The notes under the pieces: model-generated
Databases searched by the model: none
What the model was told of the DNA's origin: nothing
Seen by the model: only the letters and a program-made list of their open reading frames with translations
Part shown: piece by piece, positions 1 through 9,543 of the stretch
How positions within the stretch are numbered: position 1 is the stretch's first letter
Layout of the letters: each line of letters begins with the position of its first letter
Program-made: the position numbers and the translations under genes
NCBI GenBank assembly: GCA_963713825.1
Contig: CAVQNG010000025.1
Location: forward strand, 352,001-416,000
Length of the DNA: 64,000 bases
Direction: 5' to 3'
DNA from: an uncultured Acidobacteriota bacterium
Lineage (GTDB): Bacteria; Acidobacteriota; Thermoanaerobaculia; Multivoradales; JAHEKO01

Positions 1-21
1 AAGGAGGGGCGAGCAGGCAGG

Positions 22-912
22 TTACTGCGGGTTCAGGGTGACGCTGCCGCTGAAGCTCTCGACCCTCACCTGGGCATCGCCCGAGCCGATGGTGAAGTCG
101 AGTCGCTTGCCCGGTGCATAGCGGCTGGTTCTTTCAGCCTCGCCTCCACCGAAACCGTTGTTGATGCTGCCGCTGAAGGTCTCGACCTGAAATCGCGCCG
201 AAGTGTCCGCAGGCAGATTGAGCACTACGCTGCCGCTGTGACTCTCCGCACTCAGGCGAGCGCCAGGTGAGAGGGCTCCGGTGAAGCGGACCGAGCCAGA
301 GACGGCTTCGAAGTCTCCCTGCTCGATGTCGCTGGCTTCCACCCTGATCGAGCCACTCACCGTCGCCGCTTCAACGCGGCCGGCAACGCCGGAAAGCTCG
401 ATCTTGCCGCTGACCGATTCGGCGATGGCCAGGGTCTCTGAGCCGGAGAGCTCGATGCCGCCGCTCACGGTTTCCACGTCGGCACTGCTTGGTGCGCCCT
501 CGACACTGACCTCGCCACTGACGGACTCCAATTCCAACCGACCATTGACCCCGGAGACGCGAATGCTGGCACTGACGGTCTCGACGGCCAAGGAACTTCC
601 GGCTGGCAACCAGATCTCGAGGTCCGAGTCGAGGTCGCGATGGCGCCTGCCGTAGCTGTCAGGGATCTCCACTTCGATATCGAAATTGTCGTTGCTGCCG
701 GAGAAGTCCAGTCCGTCGGTATCGTCGCCAAGGACACCGGTCACCTTGATCTCTTCTCGGTCCCAGCCGTGGATCTTCACCGAGCCGGCGAGATTGTCGA
801 CCTCCACCGTGGGAGTGGCAGAGGCGGACTTGGTCACGTCCACACTTTCGCCGGCCCAGGCAGCGCTGCTTGCCAGCGCGATGGCCATCAGGAACAGTAG
901 TTTGCTTTTCAT
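22..912 (-). CDS. DUF4097-family beta-strand repeat exported protein
   Basis: Signal peptide MKSKLLFLMAIALASSAAWA after an AAGGAGG RBS. Many repeated (E/T)VSG(S/x)I/V beta motifs. Last gene of the ECF operon. Confidence 0.8.
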   Translation of the reverse strand: MKSKLLFLMAIALASSAAWAGESVDVTKSASATPTVEVDNLAGSVKIHGWDREEIKVTGVLGDDTDGLDFSGSNDNFDIEVEIPDSYGRRHRDLDSDLEIWLPAGSSLAVETVSASIRVSGVNGRLELESVSGEVSVEGAPSSADVETVSGGIELSGSETLAIAESVSGKIELSGVAGRVEAATVSGSIRVEASDIEQGDFEAVSGSVRFTGALSPGARLSAESHSGSVVLNLPADTSARFQVETFSGSINNGFGGGEAERTSRYAPGKRLDFTIGSGDAQVRVESFSGSVTLNPQ

Positions 913-940
913 GGTCGAATCCTCCTTGGTTCCTCGGGAA

Positions 941-1591
941 TCAAACACGGCTCACACGCTGCAGGAGCCGCACTTCATGCTGATACTTCGCTGCCAGGAG
1001 CAGGCGCAGGCGACGGTCATCGGGGTTCTCTTCCAGAGCCTGCTGGATATCCGCCACGGCCTGGTCCAGGACGAGCAAACTCTCTTCGACGGACTGAGAG
1101 GCTTCGGGACCGAGTAGATCCCGCCGGATCTCGATCGCTTCAACGAGATCGCGACGCACGAGGAGCACTCGGTCTTCGGAGCGAGCCAGGTCGACCCTGG
1201 CGAGTGCCGCGGCGTCGACCGTCATCGAGTTGGTGGCGTCGGCTTCGACCCGCACGCCGGGTTTGGCAGGTTGCTGCCTGAGCAGATATGGGAGCAGCAG
1301 AACGGCCAGAGCCAGAACTGCCGCCAGGGCCATCCAGGACCGATTCGTATGGCTCCAGCTTCTGGCTCGAGACTCATCGATCTGCTCGAGGATTCCAGGC
1401 CACAGATTCCGGTCGGGAGAAACCCCGGGGCCGAGCTGCCGGGCCTGCTCCAGGAGGGCCTGCAGCTCCTTCAGGCTGGCTCGACAGTCAGCGCAGGTCG
1501 CGGCATGGCTGTCCACGGCTTTTCGGTCGGCTGCTTCGAGGTAGCCGCCCAAATAGTCGTCCATCTGCTCCCGAACCTGTTCGCAGTTCAT
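941..1591 (-). CDS. zf-HC2 zinc-finger transmembrane anti-sigma factor
   Basis: N-terminal MNC...HAATCADC (HxxxCxxC) and a central TM helix. Start overlaps the sigma factor stop. Confidence 0.85.
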   Translation of the reverse strand: MNCEQVREQMDDYLGGYLEAADRKAVDSHAATCADCRASLKELQALLEQARQLGPGVSPDRNLWPGILEQIDESRARSWSHTNRSWMALAAVLALAVLLLPYLLRQQPAKPGVRVEADATNSMTVDAAALARVDLARSEDRVLLVRRDLVEAIEIRRDLLGPEASQSVEESLLVLDQAVADIQQALEENPDDRRLRLLLAAKYQHEVRLLQRVSRV

Positions 1592-2184
1592 CGTTGCAAG
1601 ACCTCACGAAGTTGCTTGCGAGCACGGTGGAGATGGGCCTTGGAAGTGCCCACCGCCAGGCCGCACAGGGTGGCGATCTCATGGTGCTTGTAGCCCTCGA
1701 TATCGTGCAGGATGAAGACCATCCTGGCTTGAGGGGGCAGCAGGGAGATGGCCCGTTCCAGGTCGACAGTCGTCTCTGGCTTTGCCCCTGCTCCGCCGTC
1801 ACCCCGTTCGGGAAGCGAGTCGATCGCCGTTAGACGACTTTCCCACCGCCCTGCCGATCGCAGGTTGCCCAGCACCAGATTCACGGTCAGTCGATGCAAC
1901 CAGGTCGAGAAGCTGCTCTGGCGCCGGAAGGAGCCCAGTTTCTGCCAGGCTCTGACAAAGGCCTCCTGGGTCAGATCCTCCGCCTTGGCAGGGTTCGAGC
2001 ACATTCTGAGGCAGAGCCCATAGATCTTGGAAACATGCAGCCGATAGAGCTCCTCGAAGGCTGCCGTATCACCTCGTTGGGCGTCGCGGACGAGATCGGC
2101 TTCAGACATGGGATTGTGTTCGACAGCTCCCAGAAAGTCCGAAAAGTCGACAAGAAGGCCCGCCGATGTGAGCAGCTCTCTCAT
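1588..2184 (-). CDS. ECF RNA polymerase sigma factor
   Basis: Region 2 (AEDLTQEAF, FSTWLHRL) and region 4 (EGYKHHEIA, GTSKAHLHRAR). Start is either 2184 or 2109. Confidence 0.93.
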   Translation of the reverse strand: MRELLTSAGLLVDFSDFLGAVEHNPMSEADLVRDAQRGDTAAFEELYRLHVSKIYGLCLRMCSNPAKAEDLTQEAFVRAWQKLGSFRRQSSFSTWLHRLTVNLVLGNLRSAGRWESRLTAIDSLPERGDGGAGAKPETTVDLERAISLLPPQARMVFILHDIEGYKHHEIATLCGLAVGTSKAHLHRARKQLREVLQR

Positions 2185-2190
2185 ACTCCC

Positions 2191-2219
2191 TTAGATGCAT
2201 GACCTTGCTCGCTGGTTTA
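2191..2219 (-). promoter_or_regulatory. Putative ECF-type autoregulatory promoter
   Basis: Minus strand reads TAAACC-N15-GCATCTAA just before the sigma ATG, resembling the AAC / (CG)TCTAA ECF pattern. Confidence 0.5.
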
Positions 2220-2406
2220 GTGCGATATGAGTTATTTTGTCGGACCTGCGGGATAGGTCCCCCGGTTCTTGCGAAAAAGAAGCAATCCGGGTGAGACTCG
2301 GCAATCGGATCTTATCCCGACAGCTACCAGGCACCGTCGAGGCCGGCGGTCCCTGTCCATCGAGGGTTACAGGCCAGTGCCGACCGTAAGTTCTTCCAGG
2401 AGAGGC

Positions 2407-4758
2407 GTGGTCTCTCCGAGCAACGACCCCCTGCTTGGCCTACTGCTCAGATCGAGAGGTTTGTTCGCCGTATTGATGTTGGCAGGTGTCCCTATGCATC
2501 CAGGTGTGGGAGAGGGCTCTGAGAGCCGGCAGGCGAATCGACTGGCTACCGAGAGCAGTCCCTACCTGCAGCTCCATGCCCACAATCCGGTGAATTGGTA
2601 TCCCTGGGGAGAGGAGGCCTTCGCCAAGGCCCGCCGAGAGAACAAACCGATCTTCCTGTCGGTGGGGTACTCGACCTGCTACTGGTGTCACGTCATGGAG
2701 CGGGAGGTCTTCTCCGATCCGACCATCGCTCAACAGATGAACGAGTGGTTCGTCAGCATCAAGGTGGATAAGGAAGAACGCCCAGACATCGACGAGATCT
2801 ACATGGCTGCGACGCAGCTGCTGACGGGCCGAGGGGGTTGGCCCAACTCGGTCTTTCTGACGCCCGATCTGAGGCCGTTCTTTGCTGGCACCTACTTCCC
2901 CCCGGTCGATCGTGGAGGATTGCCCGGATTTCCGAAGGTGCTGGAGGGGCTCCATGCTGCCTGGCAGCAGCGGCCCGAGGCAATCGAGGCAAGAGCGACC
3001 GAGCTTTCCGAAGCTCTCCGTGGGGTGCTGAGGACAGGAGAGCCTTCTCCAGCCCTGGACCTGAGAGAGGTGGCGGCCAGGGCGGCGGAGCAGCTTGCGA
3101 TTCAGTACGACGCCGTATGGGGAGGATTCGGCCAGGCACCGAAGTTTCCGATGCCAACCAGCCTGTCTCTGCTCTGGAGTCAAGCCGAGCTTGGCGACCA
3201 ACGGTCCCGCGAGATGGTTGTGCAGAGTCTCGAGAAGATGGGTCAGGGCGCCATCTATGACCACTTGTCTGGTGGCTTTCACCGTTACACCCTCGATCGA
3301 GAGTGGCGCGTTCCCCACTTCGAGAAGATGCTCTACGACAATGCTCAGCTGGCGGAGTTGACGGCAGAGGTGGCGTCGGCCACCGGTCGGCCCGCTCTGG
3401 AACGCTTGGCGCGCGGCACCTTCGATTTCGTTCTCGAGCAAATGCGTCTCGACAACGGTGCCTTCAAGTCGGCCATCGATGCCGAGACCCGAGGGGTCGA
3501 GGGGGCTTACTACGTGTGGACACGAGACGAGGTGCAGGAAGCTCTGGGCGAGGAGGGCTTCCAGGATCTGGCCTCTGTCTTCGGTTTCGAGGCAGAACCG
3601 AACTTCGAGCCAGAGCACTACACACTGTTCTATTCGTCTCCACTTACTGAGCAGAGCCGCAGGCGCGGCATTTCCGAGCAGGAGCTTTGGAGGATTCTCG
3701 AGACTGGATTCTCGAAGCTCGAGAGAGTGCGAGCGAAACGCGAGTTCCCTTTGGTGGACGACAAAGTCCTGACCGATTGGAATGGGTTGATGATCGCCGC
3801 ACTCGCCCGAGGGGGAGTGGCCCTCGATGAGCCTCGCTACATCGAAGCAGCGGCCGACGCGGCGGACTTTCTTCTGCAGCTGAAGGATGATTCGGGTGTT
3901 CTGCTCCACGTCTGGAGGGCGGGTGAAGCCAGGATTCTAGCTTTCCTGGATGACTATGCCTTCTTGATCCGCGGACTCCTGGCGCTGCAGGAAGCAACCG
4001 GAAATAAGCGGTGGTTGAACGCGGCGGTGGAGCTGGCGAATCAGATGGAGGCTCGGCTCGGCGATCCCCTAGGGGGGTACTTCAACTCAGAATCCGATAC
4101 CGCAATTTTGGTGAGAAGCAAGACGGCCCTGGATGGCGCGGTTCCTTCCGGCAACGGAGTCGCAGCTATCGATCTGCTCCGACTGGCCGAACGCACCGGC
4201 AAGGTCGAGTACCGGCAGCGAGCGGCAGCGACTGTGCGTGCCTTCAGCCGGGCCCTGGATACTCAGCCGACGGCGGCCCCATCGCTGGCGCTCGCCGCTC
4301 GGGAGCTGTCCAGGACTGAAGTGGCAACTCAGGAGGCCAAACGTGGGGGCACGACGGGCTCGGGTCGTTCAGGGGTCGGTGAATTGGCCATGGAAGTGGT
4401 GTCGTTGCGAGCGGGTCTGGAAGACTCCGCTCATCGCGGTGGGTGGGCCGAATTCTGGCTGACCCTGTCGATCCGAGATGGCTGGCACCTCAACGCCAGT
4501 CCCGCCAGTTGCGGATTCCTGAAGCCGACACAGGTCGAAGGAGCGGTGAGGGCGGTACGCTATCCGGCGGGTCGAATGCTGGACCTTTCCTTCGCAGAGA
4601 GTCCTGTTAGCGTGTACTCCGGGACCCTGACGCTCGAAGGCGAGATAGCGGATGGCGAGACGGCAGTCCTTGTCACCTACCAGGCATGCGACGATCGGCG
4701 TTGCTTGCCCGCGATTACCAGGCAGGTGGCTGTCTCAGCCCCAGGAGCACTGAAGTAG
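2407..4758 (+). CDS. YyaL/SSP411-like thioredoxin-domain protein with C-terminal DsbD-N-like domain
   Basis: [44 protein letters not shown] and [13 protein letters not shown]-terminal GWH...YP...YQACDDRRC. Start uncertain (ORF is open from 2269). Confidence 0.88.
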   Translation: MVSPSNDPLLGLLLRSRGLFAVLMLAGVPMHPGVGEGSESRQANRLATESSPYLQLHAHNPVNWYPWGEEAFAKARRENKPIFLSVGYSTCYWCHVMEREVFSDPTIAQQMNEWFVSIKVDKEERPDIDEIYMAATQLLTGRGGWPNSVFLTPDLRPFFAGTYFPPVDRGGLPGFPKVLEGLHAAWQQRPEAIEARATELSEALRGVLRTGEPSPALDLREVAARAAEQLAIQYDAVWGGFGQAPKFPMPTSLSLLWSQAELGDQRSREMVVQSLEKMGQGAIYDHLSGGFHRYTLDREWRVPHFEKMLYDNAQLAELTAEVASATGRPALERLARGTFDFVLEQMRLDNGAFKSAIDAETRGVEGAYYVWTRDEVQEALGEEGFQDLASVFGFEAEPNFEPEHYTLFYSSPLTEQSRRRGISEQELWRILETGFSKLERVRAKREFPLVDDKVLTDWNGLMIAALARGGVALDEPRYIEAAADAADFLLQLKDDSGVLLHVWRAGEARILAFLDDYAFLIRGLLALQEATGNKRWLNAAVELANQMEARLGDPLGGYFNSESDTAILVRSKTALDGAVPSGNGVAAIDLLRLAERTGKVEYRQRAAATVRAFSRALDTQPTAAPSLALAARELSRTEVATQEAKRGGTTGSGRSGVGELAMEVVSLRAGLEDSAHRGGWAEFWLTLSIRDGWHLNASPASCGFLKPTQVEGAVRAVRYPAGRMLDLSFAESPVSVYSGTLTLEGEIADGETAVLVTYQACDDRRCLPAITRQVAVSAPGALK

Positions 4759-4963
4759 CTCCTGAAGGGCATTCTCGAGGAATCTGTCGATTTCGTCTCG
4801 GTTCAGGCACAGGAAGGCTGCGTCGTCGGTGTTGCACTGACATGGGGTGGGCGTGCTCGGCCAGATGTCTGGAGGCTGGCTTTACGAGCTGGTAGCCATC
4901 GGACAGGTTGACTCGACACCCTTGCCCGAAGAGGATAGTGCCTCGCTGAGGCAGGCCCGGAAA

Positions 4964-7900
4964 ATGAGAGTCAATCCCATCGTACGTTTCGCAGTCGAGC
5001 GCAGGGTTACCATGGGGATGATCATCCTCGGTGTGCTCGTTCTGGGATGGCTGTCTTTGCTGCGCCTGCCTCTCGAGTTTCTGCCCAGTTTCTCGTCGTC
5101 CAACATCACCGTCATGGCTCCTTATCGCTCCTCGTCGCCGGAGGAGGTGGAACGGTTGGTGGTCCGCCCCCTCGAGGATGCGCTCGGCACCATCAATGGA
5201 ATCGACACGATGTCGGCCAACGCCGAGGCGGATAGCGCCCGCATCACGCTGTCTTTCGTCGATGGCACCGACATGGACATGGCGGCGGTGGACGTACGGG
5301 ATCGAGTTGATCGGGCCCGCCATCTGCTTCCCGATGACCTGGAAAGAGTCAATATCTGGCGGTTCCAGACCAGCGACATCCCGGTCTTGCGATTCGACAT
5401 CAGCGCCGATTGGCCGGTGGAGCGGTTCTACGATTTCACCGAAAATGTGCTTCAAAGGCGTCTCGAGCGCCTCGAAGGAGTAGCTCAGGTCTCGGTCAGT
5501 GGGATACGGACACCCGAGCTGCAGGTCCTCCTCGATCCGAATCGACTCCAAGCGCACAGAGTGGATGTGCGGGATTTGGTGTCCCTGTTGCGGAACAGCA
5601 ACCTCAACGTCTCGGCGGGTGACGTCAAAGAGGGGAGCCGGAAGCTGCTGGTCCGCAGCGTAGGAGAGTTCGAAACTCCGGCAGAGATTCGAGGCCTACC
5701 TTTGAACGGCGAAGGCCTGCGTCTGGGGGATGTGGCCGAGGTGGTCTATGGACTCCCCCAGCAGGAGCAGTTCAATTACCTCAATGGTCAGGAGGCGGTC
5801 ACGGTCTTCATCAACAAGACCTCCAGCGCCAACGTTCTGGCGGTGGTCGATCGTGCCAAGGAGGAGCTCGAAGCTATCAGCCGGCTGCCAGAAGCGGCCG
5901 GCCTCGAGTACCACATCTTCAACGACGCTTCCGTCGATGTCCGCAAGGGACTGGGCCAGCTGGGCAATGCGGGGCTCATCGGTGGCCTTCTGGCCATCGG
6001 TTCCATGTACCTCTTTCTCCGCCGCTTTCGCACCACCGCCTTGGTAGCCCTGGCCATTCCGATCTCGGTGATTGCGACGTTCGTCCTCATGTATTTGATG
6101 CGACAGGCAGGTCTTTCGGACATCACGCTCAACGTCGTGAGCCTGGCTGGGCTGATGTTGGCTCTGGGAATGTTGGTCGACAATTCGGTCGTCGTGATCG
6201 AGTCGATCTTTCGCCACCGCAATGAGCTCGGTGAAGACTCGCGGACGGCTGCGCTTCACGGCGCGTCCGAAGTGGCCTTGCCGATTCTGGCCTCGACCGT
6301 CACCACGATCTGCGTGTTTTTGCCCCTGATCTTCCTCAACACCGGCGGGCGGTTCAAGCTCTACATGGAGAACATCGGAATCACCGTCTGCATCGTGATG
6401 GTCGCCTCTCTGTTGGTAGCGCTGACCGTGGTGCCGATGGCAGCAGTACCGCTGCTCCGGGGACAGGAGTCGAGACCCTCACGGTTCATCGACCGCCTGA
6501 CGGGCTCCTATGGTTGGGTTCTCCACTTCACTCTTCGCCACCGGTTCCTGTTCGTCCTCTCGATCGTGGCGATGTTCGCCGGTGTTGTCCACCTCTTTAC
6601 GACCATCGAGCGCGCCTTCTCGAGTCGCTCTCTGGAGAGACAAGTCATTCTCAAGGTGGATACTCCGAGGCAATACTCTCCGGAGCAGACAGCGGCCCTG
6701 TACGAGACTCTCTATACGCTTCTGGATTCGCGACGGGAAGAGCTCGATATCGCCGATATCAGCTACGCCTTCGATCGTGGAACTGGACGCTCCAGAGCGG
6801 GGTGGCGGCGCAGTCGGCAGTTCGATATCTATCTTCTGGATGAAGACGACAGCGATCTGACTACCGGTGAGGTCCGGGAGCGGCTGCGAGAGTTGTTGCC
6901 AGTCAAGGCTGGCGTCGATTTGCGGATCGCCGCCGGCCAGGGACGCCACGGATCGTCGGGCATCCAGATCGAGCTCATGGGCGACGACCCGGTCGTCCTC
7001 GAGTTGCTGAGCCAGCAAGTGGCGGATCGCCTCGCCGCGCTGCCCATGATTCGGGACGTCGACACTTCTCTCGAAAGTGGTGACGAAGAGATCCAGGTAA
7101 GGGTATCCGGTGATCGTGCCATGCAGGTTGGGTTGTCGAGCCGCGCTGTCGCGGCTACGGTCAACAACGCCCTGTCGAGCCGGGCCGTCAGCCACTTCAA
7201 GACGGGCGAGCGCGAGGTCGAGATGGTCATGCAGTATCGAGAGGAAGATCGTGAGACCCTGGATCAGCTCAAGAACGTCCCGGTTTTCGCTGCTTCAGCG
7301 CCGCTGCCTCTAGGCGCGGTGGCAGAGTTCGAGTTCGTTGCCGGGCCGCGGAGCATCGAACGCGAGAACCACCTGGCGCAGGTTTCTGTGTCGGCCAACA
7401 CCACCGATCCGACGGCCTCCTTTGCCGCCATGGGCATGATCAGCAGAATGATGAACGAGATCGCCCTGCCACCGGGATACGAGTGGAGCTTCGGGCGCTG
7501 GAACCGGCACATGCAGGAGGATCAGAACAGTGGTCTCTTCGCGCTGCTCTTCGCACTGCCGTTGGTCTACATGCTGATGGCTGCTCTGTTCGAGAGCTTC
7601 ACCCAGCCTCTGACGATCATGTTCTCGGTGCCCTTCGCCCTGCTGGGTGTCGGCTTGGTGATGAAATTCGCCAATCAGCCCTGGGATACCATGACCATGT
7701 TGGGTCTGATCGTATTGTTGGGGGTAGTCGTCAACAATGCCATCGTCCTTATCGACCACATCAATTTCCTGCGGCAGGGTGGTCTGAGCCGTACCGAGGC
7801 GATCGTCAAGGGCGGCCAGCACCGGTTGCGTCCGATTCTGATCACCGCCGTGACGACCATTCTGGGTCTGATGCCGATGGTCGCACCGTTCCTCTTTCCT

Positions 7901-8071
7901 CAGTGGTTCGGACCGGTGGAGGGCAGGGCGGCTACCTGGGCACCGATCGGGCTGATCATCGTCGGCGGGCTGACGACATCGACTTTTCTGACCCTGATCA
8001 TCATTCCCACCATCTACTCCCTCGTCGACGACTTCACGCTATTCCTGCGGCGGGTGGTCAAGGCGGTATGA
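4964..8071 (+). CDS. RND efflux permease (AcrB/MdtB-C-like)
   Basis: About 1035 aa with 12-TM RND layout. GMLVDNSVVVIE and RLRPILIT motifs. Start refined to MRVNPIVRF. Confidence 0.93.
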   Translation: MRVNPIVRFAVERRVTMGMIILGVLVLGWLSLLRLPLEFLPSFSSSNITVMAPYRSSSPEEVERLVVRPLEDALGTINGIDTMSANAEADSARITLSFVDGTDMDMAAVDVRDRVDRARHLLPDDLERVNIWRFQTSDIPVLRFDISADWPVERFYDFTENVLQRRLERLEGVAQVSVSGIRTPELQVLLDPNRLQAHRVDVRDLVSLLRNSNLNVSAGDVKEGSRKLLVRSVGEFETPAEIRGLPLNGEGLRLGDVAEVVYGLPQQEQFNYLNGQEAVTVFINKTSSANVLAVVDRAKEELEAISRLPEAAGLEYHIFNDASVDVRKGLGQLGNAGLIGGLLAIGSMYLFLRRFRTTALVALAIPISVIATFVLMYLMRQAGLSDITLNVVSLAGLMLALGMLVDNSVVVIESIFRHRNELGEDSRTAALHGASEVALPILASTVTTICVFLPLIFLNTGGRFKLYMENIGITVCIVMVASLLVALTVVPMAAVPLLRGQESRPSRFIDRLTGSYGWVLHFTLRHRFLFVLSIVAMFAGVVHLFTTIERAFSSRSLERQVILKVDTPRQYSPEQTAALYETLYTLLDSRREELDIADISYAFDRGTGRSRAGWRRSRQFDIYLLDEDDSDLTTGEVRERLRELLPVKAGVDLRIAAGQGRHGSSGIQIELMGDDPVVLELLSQQVADRLAALPMIRDVDTSLESGDEEIQVRVSGDRAMQVGLSSRAVAATVNNALSSRAVSHFKTGEREVEMVMQYREEDRETLDQLKNVPVFAASAPLPLGAVAEFEFVAGPRSIERENHLAQVSVSANTTDPTASFAAMGMISRMMNEIALPPGYEWSFGRWNRHMQEDQNSGLFALLFALPLVYMLMAALFESFTQPLTIMFSVPFALLGVGLVMKFANQPWDTMTMLGLIVLLGVVVNNAIVLIDHINFLRQGGLSRTEAIVKGGQHRLRPILITAVTTILGLMPMVAPFLFPQWFGPVEGRAATWAPIGLIIVGGLTTSTFLTLIIIPTIYSLVDDFTLFLRRVVKAV

Positions 8072-8123
8072 TCCCGGACTTCGTGTTGATGAGCTTCCGG
8101 GAAAGGCACCGCTGGAGATAGGC

Positions 8124-9467
8124 ATGTTCGAGAACAGGCAGATTCCAATGATCTTCTGGGCCACGGCCCTCGTCTCGACGAGTTGGCTGGCCTGCTCTAA
8201 AGGGGACTCGGAGGGACAGCAGGGCGACGCCGGTCGTCCTTCTGGCCAGCCAGGCGCCTCTTCCAGTCATAGCGGCGGTCCCGGAGGGGGGCGGCCCGCC
8301 GCGGCCGTGCCAGTGGAAGTTGCCAAGGTGGAGCGACGGAGCATCTCGTCATACATCGAGACCAACGGCACCCTGGAAGCTGAGAACGAGGTCGATCTGG
8401 TGGCCCGGGTCACGGCCCCGGTCGTCGACCTGAAGGTCGAGGAAGGGATGCAAGTCGAAAAGGGTCAGATTCTGGCGCGACTGGACGATTCCGAGCTCCG
8501 GGCGCGGGCCGAGATCTCTCGTGCCACTCTGCAAGAGGCGGAACAGGTCTTCGGACGGGCCGAATCGCTGCAAGAGAACCAGCTCATCAGTCTGGAGGAG
8601 TACGATCAGGTCGTCACTCGGCTCGATACGGCTAGGGCCCAGTCCGAGTCGGACCGGATCCAACTCGGTTACACCGAAATCCGGGCGCCGTTTGCGGGCC
8701 TCATCGTGACCCGTCACATCCACTATGCCGAGCAGGTCAATGCGGGGATGCCGCTGTTTCGCATCTCGGACTTCAACCCCCTTCTGTGTCCGATCCAGAT
8801 TCCCGAGCGGGATATTCCGAAAGTCCAGGTCGGCCAGCAGGCCTATCTGACCTTGGAGGCCTGGCCCGGGGAGAGGTTCCCAGCCAGGGTGCTTCGCGTT
8901 CGACCGGTTGTGGATTCGGCGACGGGTACCGTGCGGGTCACTCTGGAAGTGGAGACTGGGGGTCGGCTGAGGCCAGGAATGTTCGCTCGAGCCTTCGTCC
9001 AGACCGAGACCCGGTCTGACGCCTTGGTCGTTCCCAAGTCTGCCCTCTCTTTGGAGAGTATCGGTGACACAGTCTATGTGGCAGAGGGTGACTCCGCCTC
9101 TCGCAGGGAGGTTCAGCTGGGCTTCAAGGAAGGCGAATTTGTCGAGGTATCGAGCGGAGTTTCCGAAGGCGAGAGGATCATCGTCGTCGGACAGGATGGA
9201 CTGAGCGACGGCACTCCCATCCAGATCCTGTCGGGTCTCGGCGAAGGTCCGGCGGCCGAGGTGCAAGTCTCAGCATCAGGCTCCGGACCGGGACCGGCGA
9301 CCGGGGATATACCACGCCGTCCCGATGGCCGACCCGACTTCTCTCAGATGACGCCAGAGCAACTGGAAGGCGTCAAGGAGTCCATGCGATCGCGCGGCCT
9401 GACCGAGGAGCAGATCGAGGAGCGCATTGGGGGAGCTGGCGGCAGGGCCGCACAGAATCCGGAGTGA
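8124..9467 (+). CDS. RND periplasmic adaptor (MFP), probable lipoprotein
   Basis: WLAC lipobox-like motif. VEEGMQVEKGQILA, IRAPFAG and LRPGMF motifs. Confidence 0.92.
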   Translation: MFENRQIPMIFWATALVSTSWLACSKGDSEGQQGDAGRPSGQPGASSSHSGGPGGGRPAAAVPVEVAKVERRSISSYIETNGTLEAENEVDLVARVTAPVVDLKVEEGMQVEKGQILARLDDSELRARAEISRATLQEAEQVFGRAESLQENQLISLEEYDQVVTRLDTARAQSESDRIQLGYTEIRAPFAGLIVTRHIHYAEQVNAGMPLFRISDFNPLLCPIQIPERDIPKVQVGQQAYLTLEAWPGERFPARVLRVRPVVDSATGTVRVTLEVETGGRLRPGMFARAFVQTETRSDALVVPKSALSLESIGDTVYVAEGDSASRREVQLGFKEGEFVEVSSGVSEGERIIVVGQDGLSDGTPIQILSGLGEGPAAEVQVSASGSGPGPATGDIPRRPDGRPDFSQMTPEQLEGVKESMRSRGLTEEQIEERIGGAGGRAAQNPE

Positions 9468-9543
9468 CGCGCCTGACCCCTCGTTCCCGATCGGCAGTGG
9501 ATCGGCCTCCAGCGGATCCCAGCCTCCAACGCGGAGCCGTGAT

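Noticed and set aside
2440-3909. Long antisense or alternate-frame ORFs (also 25316-26488, 37317-38555, 48415-49542, 58359-59723, 63073-63945)
   Set aside because: They are shadows of well-supported genes in high-GC DNA, with no motifs or RBS.
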